Shown here: piece by piece, positions 53,001 to 62,000 of the stretch | How the letters are laid out: each line of letters begins with the position of its first letter | Numbering within the stretch: the stretch's first letter is position 1 | Assembly (NCBI GenBank): GCA_965202585.1 | Contig: OZ241834.1 | Span: 26,970,001 to 27,034,000 of the forward strand | Direction: 5' to 3' | DNA length: 64,000 nucleotides | Source of the DNA: Thalia democratica | Taxonomy: Eukaryota | Translations under genes and position numbers: made by a program | The notes under the pieces: model-generated | Told to the model about the DNA's origin: nothing | Seen by the model: the letters and a program-made list of their open reading frames with translations, nothing else | The model's database searches: none

Positions 53001-56000
53001 AGTGGCTTATCAGAAGCGCATATCCGGTGTGTATAGTAGCAGCTGGAGGGAAATATTTGATGTTGTCCAGACCCCATGTATGACTTGAAGTGACAACTTT
53101 TAATTGTAGTAAAGCTTGAAAGTGTTTATTAAGGCATAATATGAAAAGTTTAAATTGTTAAATATTTTAAATATGGGAAACTCGGAGGAAGTATTCGTTA
53201 AACTTTGAAAAATTTTGTTCAAGTGCCATTGCATACCTTCCAGCATTTTTTTGTATTAAACCCAAACAGTTTTAAATAACACTTTCTGCCAAAGTAAGCA
53301 CCTATTTTCCCAGACCCTCAACACCTGTTTTAAGAAGCGCATCCATTGAAAAAAAAAACTCAACCTAAAACAAACAGCCGCAAAATTTTTCACAAAAAAA
53401 AAATCAAAACACATGATCCGTATACACTTTATATATTAAATATTTCTCAACACACAGCTAAGCAAACCAAGACTTTCGGAGGCGTCACAATGCGACTTGT
53501 TTGTTTAGTCCGAGGCTCAACGTTGATTCACGCTCATCCTATCATCTCACATTCACCTCTCAGCTTGCAGTTTCTTGCCTTCTAAGCACGTTCTTCTCAC
53601 TGAGCCGCTCACTGCACCTGTTGGGCCAGCTTTAATGCGCTCATGCAAGACCACATGACCGCCTGATCGATCACTTCTTGAACTTAGAATTATCTTGAAC
53701 TTTTCTGCGTGACACTGAAAATTTACTTGAAATATAGACATGTGCAGTCTCATTTTTCTAGGTGAAATATTTGCCTGCTTATGGCTTGCATACAATAAAT
53801 TAGTATAATCACTTGATCGATTAACTCTTGAACTTAATTTTTTTTTGAACTTTTTTTTTCGCGTGACACCGAAAATTCCATTTGAAAGTTTAGAAAATTG
53901 CAATATTTTAATAGATGATATATTTGCTTTTGAAGACTTGCACTTTGTAAATTTAGTGTAATTTAATGGTCATTTTACCGTGCGAGACCGCCGAATTTGA
54001 TGGATTATTTAAAAAATAATCTTTCTTTTAATATTTTGTTATGTACCTGCAGAGTTTATAAAAGTCAGTTGAGTTATAACTTTAAATAGTCTAAAATCAA
54101 TTACAGTAAAATTAAACTTTTGAAAAAAGCTTGTAATTTATAAAAGTTAGTGTAATTTTGTCTAATATTTGCCATGGTCGTCATTAACTTTTGAACTTTT
54201 TCGATAAGCATCTAGCTCGCTTAAATTGTTCTCAAATTGTTCCAAACTGTCACATACTTAACCTCTTTGCTAAATTTAAATAAAAAGCTTATTATGCTTT
54301 CAACAGAAAGCAGGGTTATGTTTCAAACTTCAAACTTGTTTGAATAACAACAATAAAGCTTTAAAAAGGTTATTAAAAGAAACAAACTGATTAAAGTACA
54401 TTTTGTGTAAAATTGCCATATAATCTTCTATATTTTCCTTGAAAATTATTTGAGTATTAGCAAACAGTTTATTTTTGTAAAATTATATTCTATGACATAA
54501 GCACTACAGGTGCAAAAGAAAAATCTTAAAATAAAAATTAAAACTAGTTTTGATTGTACAGTAAAAACTTGTTTTTCTTTGTACTGCTTAATACAGAAAA
54601 AATACCTAAAGAAAAAAAATATCATTATAAGTTTGAAGACCTAAAGTTAATAAATCAAAAATAGTTTTAAGTAAACCTTTGGGATTACTAATAGTAGAAA
54701 AAAAATACTTAGAATAGCTTGCAAAGAACTCTAAAGTATACGTTGTTCACTTTTTTAATGAAAAAAAAACAAATGAGTGAGAAGTTTGGGAGTCTCTGAA
54801 CTTTTCATGCATAAGCTCAGTATAAATTTTTCATTAGTAGATTATTTTAATATATACTCATTTATATTTACTATATTCATTCATTATTACTGTCTCGTTT
54901 TAATAAAATGTAATATATAATATTTCAACACTAAATAGTCTTTATACTTATTTATTTCAATACTCATTCATTTTTACTGTCTCCTTATGCCAGTTTTTTG
55001 TCATCCAATTCCAAGACGGTTTTTTGCTTGCTCATTGTTATGATAAATCGTTCCATCACCAACCTTTATCATTCCATCTGCCTCAGCATCTAATGTTTTG
55101 TCACCATATGCCCTAGCAGCCTGTCGGTCCTACGTAGCTCGCAGAAAAAAATGAAAAGACGTCAAAAGCAAGTCAAAGACACGCGCGCAGATTTCGAAAA
55201 TATTTCAAAGGCATTTGGAAGACGGCGCACTGTGATGTCATAAGGCGCGTGCATGGCAAAATCGATAGGTTTTTTCTATAAATATTCCTTTTATTTTTGT
55301 AACACCGAAGGTTTGGTTACATAAATGCGCTTTTTTTTGTAACTTCTTATTAGATTTTTCAGAGGAAAATATTAGTGTTGAGGTTCTCTGTAAATTATTA
55401 ATTTTCTAAGCTTTCTTTTTTTTAGTTTTTAGTTTCAGTTACAAAAAGTTAAACTAATTACTTTCATTAAAAAAAGCTAATGCAAGGCATATATAGCGTA
55501 AATGTTTTGTTTGTAAAAACCTGAAAGTTTTTTTTTTATAAATCGTTAAGGCAGCTTTAATAAAGAAACTTCAATCACCGCACACAAGACAAGACAAAAA
55601 ATTTCGCAATTAACTTCAGACTCGGTTAAGAAAACAAATTTTTCGAATATACACAGTCCGTTGAACAAACAATCCACACACAGGCACTCGAAGCCGCGTA
55701 AGAATCCACTACAAACGCGCGTAATTATGAGAACCGCAGTCCACTTGAGTCAACATTCAGTGAGAAACTTTCACCGCCGTCGCCTCAATAAGCACTCTGC
55801 GGGCAATAATTAAGTTTCAGAAAAAATGTTTAAAAAATGTTTAAGAAATATTTGCAAGGAATGGACAGCAAACCGGTGTGACCTGCCGTTTGCATTTTTC
55901 ATCACGATGATGGTGTTTACCACGCACCAACCGAATTTTAATATTGGTTATCGCATGCACGTACAGGCAGCATTCTTCCCTTGAGGGTTGCATGAATGTA

Positions 56001-59000
56001 CGAGCAGATAAATTGCTGCCTCGCAATTGAAACATTTGTTGCAAAACACTTCGCCAATTATAACTCGGCTATCGTTGTGAAAAAATTGCAAATTTTGCAT
56101 CATGATTTTGTTATGTATTAATTTCAGAAAAAGTTTTCAGTATAAAGCACTTATATTTTTAGAGATACAACTCAGTCATACTTCGAGGTAACAACTATCA
56201 CTCACTCAATTTTTTCTCGGTCAGCTTTTGTTTCTAAACTTTTAATGTTTTCTCCTTATTTGGCCTCATTGCAGCATTGAGACGTCACAAAACAACACAA
56301 GGACGGAAGCGTGCATGAAAACAACCATCACGAAAAAAAAAAGAAACAAAATCAAACTGTGCTCGATCAAAACAACTTAGATGGATATCGTCGCCTCGTG
56401 ACACCGCTTTTACGTGTGGGTGGCCTGTTTTGCAGTGAAAAGTAAAAATAGGTTACAAAGTAGCAGATCTCAACGTGAGGCGGCAGCAAGCACTTAATTT
56501 TGTTGTTGCTGCTGCAAAGTTTCGGTTTCAGCGAAAAGTTTCGTTGCGAAAAAGGCGGGCTCGCGTTTGAGGCTACCTTGTTTTAATGTTTTTTATTTCA
56601 ACATGCTTGTAATTCTGTGCAGTGTATTTCATCAATTTTTTTCGGCACACGCAAATTACACATACATTCAAGCAGGGCTCTCTTAATCCGCGCGAGCTAA
56701 TTCGTCGCCGCGATAAAAGGGCGCCAACGCCAATACATCAGCCGGCAAAATTAAAACAAAAACACAAGCCTCTGATCGCTCTTCGAAAAATTTTGGGTGG
56801 TCCAAAACTAAGTATCAGCTCGATCACCAATTTCAATTTCTGGCCTCGGACAGCCGTAAGAAATACGAGCTTTTTCGATTTTTCACATTTCCCTTCGAGG
56901 GCAAAGAGAGCGATTGTGTGTCACGGAAAATTTGTTTATGTAAAACGCCAGCCGAGCTACAAGCTGCAGCGCACAGCTGGTCAAACTTTCTGCCCCCTGC
57001 GCGCAGCTTGAAAACATTTCATTCTCGCGTCTCCCGGCAATCGATTGTGTCGTCACGTGTGGCGACGTGAGGTCAGTTGTGACGTCACAATCAAGCTTGT
57101 GTCACATTTGCATGCAAGGTAAAAATCTTCCACCTGTGGAAATAAGCTTAATGTATGAAGAGGGGCATCTTCAATTTTTTATCAGACGTGCAGCCGCTGG
57201 AGCGTGTCGGCGACGGACAGGAAATGATTACATTTTTGCTGGCCTTTTCCGTCACGGTCGGTTGCGCGCGCGCTGAGTAAAAACAACAAATCCTCTGGCT
57301 AATCAGTCAAATGCGCAATTAACAACCGAGGCAGGATCCGGAGTGACGGCTTGATTTTGAACTTGCGCTAATCTTTCTGAGAATTTCCCGCTCTCAGATT
57401 CCTTTTCGAACAAAAAGCTTTTATTTTAGTGAGGAGCTACAAAAAGACTTCTGTGCTGAAAAAAGTTGGAATTTTTGTCAAAAACGCTTTTTGAAGCACA
57501 CTCAATTCTTTGTACGCTGCGTGTTTTCAAAAGGAAGTTCAGCCGTACATTTTTAGAAAAATTCTCCGCAAGTACTCAGAATAAATAATCATTTTCCATT
57601 GTTTGATAAAGCAAATTTTATGGCTGGTAGACCTAAAAAAAGCTGCAGATAAAACTCAAACAAAACTTTATTGTTGCCTTTTGCACGGACCAGCCGTTCT
57701 TTGGTTTCGCTTAAAACAAACAGCTTTTTCAAAACAGCGTTTGCCCATTAAAAAAAAATCTTACACAAAAGCTGTTTCATACAAAGTTACGGCGCTGAAG
57801 CTGTTTGCACTGCAAACTCTATTGTTTTTATTCGGCGCGAGGCCGTCATGCCGTTTTGTTTCAACTGAAAGCACAAAGGCATTTGGCTTCAACAAGACTG
57901 CATATTTTTTCTGCATATGCTGAAGCATACGTCCACATACTGCTTAAATCTAGCAAGACATATTTAATTGTTTCAAAGGATTTGGTAAAACATCATAATC
58001 CAAAGGCATCTGGCTTCGATTGAGTTACACATTTTTTCTGCATCAAAATATCTCTAGCACACGTCGACAGACTGCTAATAATGCAACATGGCATGTTTTA
58101 ATTATTTAAAAGTCGGCGTGCTCGTCTGATGTTGCGTATTGAGGTCTCTCTGATGTGACGTCACAGTTCAAAACCGTGCGGTGCGTCGCATTTTGCGGCA
58201 CGGGGGACAAGACGTGCGCTGCTTAATCGGAAGAAATTAGTCGCGATCAGTTTTTGCAAATTTGTACAACGTAATTTACATACGACTAATTTTTCAATAA
58301 AGCTAAATTGCGTTTTGAAAATAAGCACAGGCTAATTGGTACAAGATAAAATGGCTAGGTGTAAAATTCACAAAGGAAACGAGTTACAACTGTTGAAAAA
58401 GCACGTTTAAAAGGAAAACGGATTAGCAATTAAGACGGTTTGTGGGCTTAGTTTTGTAAGCGCTGAGTGGAACTTGATTTTTGTCAGAGCTTTGAGCGTA
58501 AACTTACGGTTGAAGAGTTCACTTTGAAACGGAAAATCAAAGTCAGCCGATCACTACAAAGCCACTTAAGCTAATAATCATTTCAATTCCGTGTCAAACC
58601 AGCTCCAAATTGTTTTTTAAACATCTCCGAAAAGCTGTAAACGTTTGTTTTTGTGCCGATTAAAACGAAATCATCGATACACTTTTCGAGAAAACAGCAC
58701 AAATTGACTGTAATGTATGCATTTTAAATCACTCTCTCCACAACCAATTCTTTGTGATGTGGCGGCGATTGTGACATTGTGAACGATGGCGTTGACGTCA
58801 TAAGCAATCCTACCATATGATGAAACGATATATAACGAGCATATATAACACACTCTGTTTATCGAAAAATGAGGCAAAAGATTAAGCCGAAACGAGGCAA
58901 AAGATTAAGCAAACGAAGCAGCTTTTTCATCACTTCTTCTGCTAAATTTTCGTAATGCGCCAGATCAATGCATGCAACTGCGAAGCCTTTTTGTAAGTTT

Positions 59001-62000
59001 GCGCCGCACTGCATGGGAGCCCCGGGGGCGAGGAAACGGTACGAAAATTGTTCGCAGGTCTCTTTATAGTAACCGACCTTATAATGCTGCCGTTTGTTTG
59101 TGTGTGGATGCATACGGTAGAAGTTCGCGCTTATCGATTGTGAAAACAAACTCCTTTATTTTCGAACGTGCGCTAGGCTGCCGCCAAAAATATATGCGCA
59201 TGTTAAGAAAATTGCATAAGAAAAAACATCAGCTGCTGCTATCTCAGTCGCATCTGCGCTGCATTTCACACCCCTTTGTAAAATAAATACCAAGTGAATA
59301 AGAAATTTACATATCTCGCACACAATCAACCTGCACCTCTTGTTTTCGTTTCGTCACAATTTCAGCATAATTTCGTGGCTTGTCTCCTTTGTTTTCAAAC
59401 ATGAACAACGCTGCAGCCAAAAACACATATGCATGCATGTTGAGAAAATTATATTAGAAAAAATACCTGCTATCTCAGTCGCATCTCCGTGTTCTTCCAC
59501 TACATCGCGTCTTGCACCCCTTTTAAAGACAAATACAAAAAACACACATCTCGCCTCGCTTTGTTTTCGTCGCAATTTTCAAGCTCAGTTTTACGGCGTG
59601 TCACATTCGCCTTCACAATCGGCTATTATCCCGGATTTTCCACCTCTTTCAATGCGAGCTTTCAACGAGCTTGTTTGTGTGTCCACAGAAGAATGTCACA
59701 AGCTTTTACGGCATTTTTATTGCTGCAACTGACACTTAAACAGTCTTAAAGGAATAAAGAAGCTGTTGCCTGAAAGCGCTTTAACTCATGTGGGAATGTA
59801 GCGTTTTATCGGCGCTTTATCTGCTTTCGATCGATAAACGCGCAGGCACGGACGGGAGTTTTAATGTGTGTAAGTTTGAATGTTGGTAAGTCAAATTTAC
59901 AGCGAGGATTTCACAATAAAATTGTTGTCTTGTTGAGAAGTTGTTTTTAAAGGTCCTTTCAGAGGTTTTAGTTGTTTGTAAGAAAAGGTTGAACATTAAA
60001 AAATGCTGCCTTAAACTTTTGTTTTATCAGGACTTGATATTTGCACAAAGTATTATAGTTATACCAAAGTTATTAACATTAAAAGTAAAAGTTAAATTTG
60101 AAAATTCCGACTTTAACAATATTTAATTTTAGTTTTGCAAAGGTTGAAACTTGGAATAAACAATACACCGTTTCTATAAAAGAATACACTCAAAAGTTTT
60201 CTAGTCATAAAATTAACTTAGCCATTCCGATCTTCATTGACAACCACCATTGCATACATAGCCATGCCGAGAGAGAGAGAGAAGAACGAAAAAAAAAAAA
60301 CGAAAAAGCTACGTGCGCTGATGGCGAAAAAGAGAAAAAGTAATAAAATCAACTGAACCGTACCATGCTGGCTTTTGTTGCCTTCGCCTTATTGTGAATG
60401 GAGCTCATTTTGTTGTTAGGCTGCATGCGCAGTGCTGTGTGAGAACTGGCGATTTTGTATGAGAGCACACAATAAGATTGCTTGTTTATGCTGGCACTTG
60501 AGCGCAGGCATTAGTTGCGAGTTAGTGCCTCTAATCAGAGAAAAGAAGCTTTGTGAGTGGCGATTTTTGTTGATGGAAGGTGAAAGCGATAGTTTAAGAA
60601 ATAATTGCTTTGTTTTTTTTTAACAAATCAGAAAGGTTTTAGCCGAAAAGCAGTTTTTTTTGTAATGTAACATAGATTCAACTGTTTATATTATGTTGGT
60701 TATGACACTTATATGCTACACATAGATATGAATAATGTTTTGAGTGAGCGATAAGTTAATGGAGAAACGCGGCAGTTAAAACCAACTGCTTTGTTTTTTT
60801 CAAGCAGCCTAGAAAAACTTCAACGAGAAAAGAATTCGTCTTTTATAGTTTTTAAGTTGTAAAGTTTTTGTTGTTTTAACTATGCTATGTATTAAATTTA
60901 AACCGGTTACATATAAAACGTATTTTTTTTTCAGTAACACGTGAGTAAAACTTTAGAAATATAACTTTATTATTCAATCAGATAGCATTGTCCTGTTTTT
61001 CTTGTATCCGTGTTTAAAATATTTAACTGTTTGACTACTAAATACCATTAAAAGCAACCTTTTCCTAATCCGTTATTTTCCATCACAGTTTAAACGTAGT
61101 TTCAAAAACATATATATCACTAAATTGAAACACAAACTCCGACAAATTTGTTGACAACAACTTGGAAGCAAACATGGTACTTCCCCAGCATCACAACTCC
61201 TTTCCCAGCCACCCCAACACCAGGACCCGGTTCAGCTGCGACGACGCACACCGAAAGGCGGGGGAGTTCCCCTACTCTGGCGCGACCCGCAAGCTGTGCA
61301 GGGCCGAGCAGGAGATCGCCCACCGGAGCGTTAAGAGCGACCCTGGCAGCCTGTCGATCCTGATGCGCGCCAGCTTGAAGGACCTCCGTGACGTCATAAT
61401 AAACACGACCGGCAGCGCCAAGGTGGTCAGGAGGCGGCAGAAGAACCAGCACAACTGCAAGAACAGGACCATCAACCCTCTGTTCGTGTACATGCTCAAC
61501 CAGACCGGAAGCAAACCTGATAGTGACAGTGATGTCATAATCAATAACGAAAGTGACGTAATAATGACTAGGCAGCCCTCGAGCGCGTCGCTAACGTCGT
61601 CGACGGCCAGCCTGTGCTCGGACGGCGTCGAGACGATGACCGTCGTCTCGGACACCTCGACCGTTTGCGGGCCCGAAGAAGTTTCAGAGTCCCAGGCAGC
61701 CAATGAGATCTCTCAAAAGGAACTGGATCTGCCAATGGAGCTGCTGTCGATCGACAGCGGCATTTCAGCCGTTCAGGTTTAAAACCCTTAAATTTTTTAG
61801 AATTTTTTCAAAGGTTTTTGCAAACTTTTTACCCGCCAGATTATCGTTCGCTCTAAGAAGCCCTTGAAACTTTTTAAGTTTTAAAAACGCAACATTGTGT
61901 TGGTGAGAATGATTGCTAGCAGGCCCGCAGTTTAGTCACGCATCGATGCTTCGCGCTGCCTCAATCAATTACCAGCTCGTTAAGAACAAAAATTGAAAAA

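Noticed and set aside
46171-60623. Numerous 60-130-aa ORFs in the intronic islands
   Set aside because: Mostly TTG/GTG starts, overlapping on both strands, no codon bias like the true exons and no motifs; consistent with non-coding regulatory DNA.
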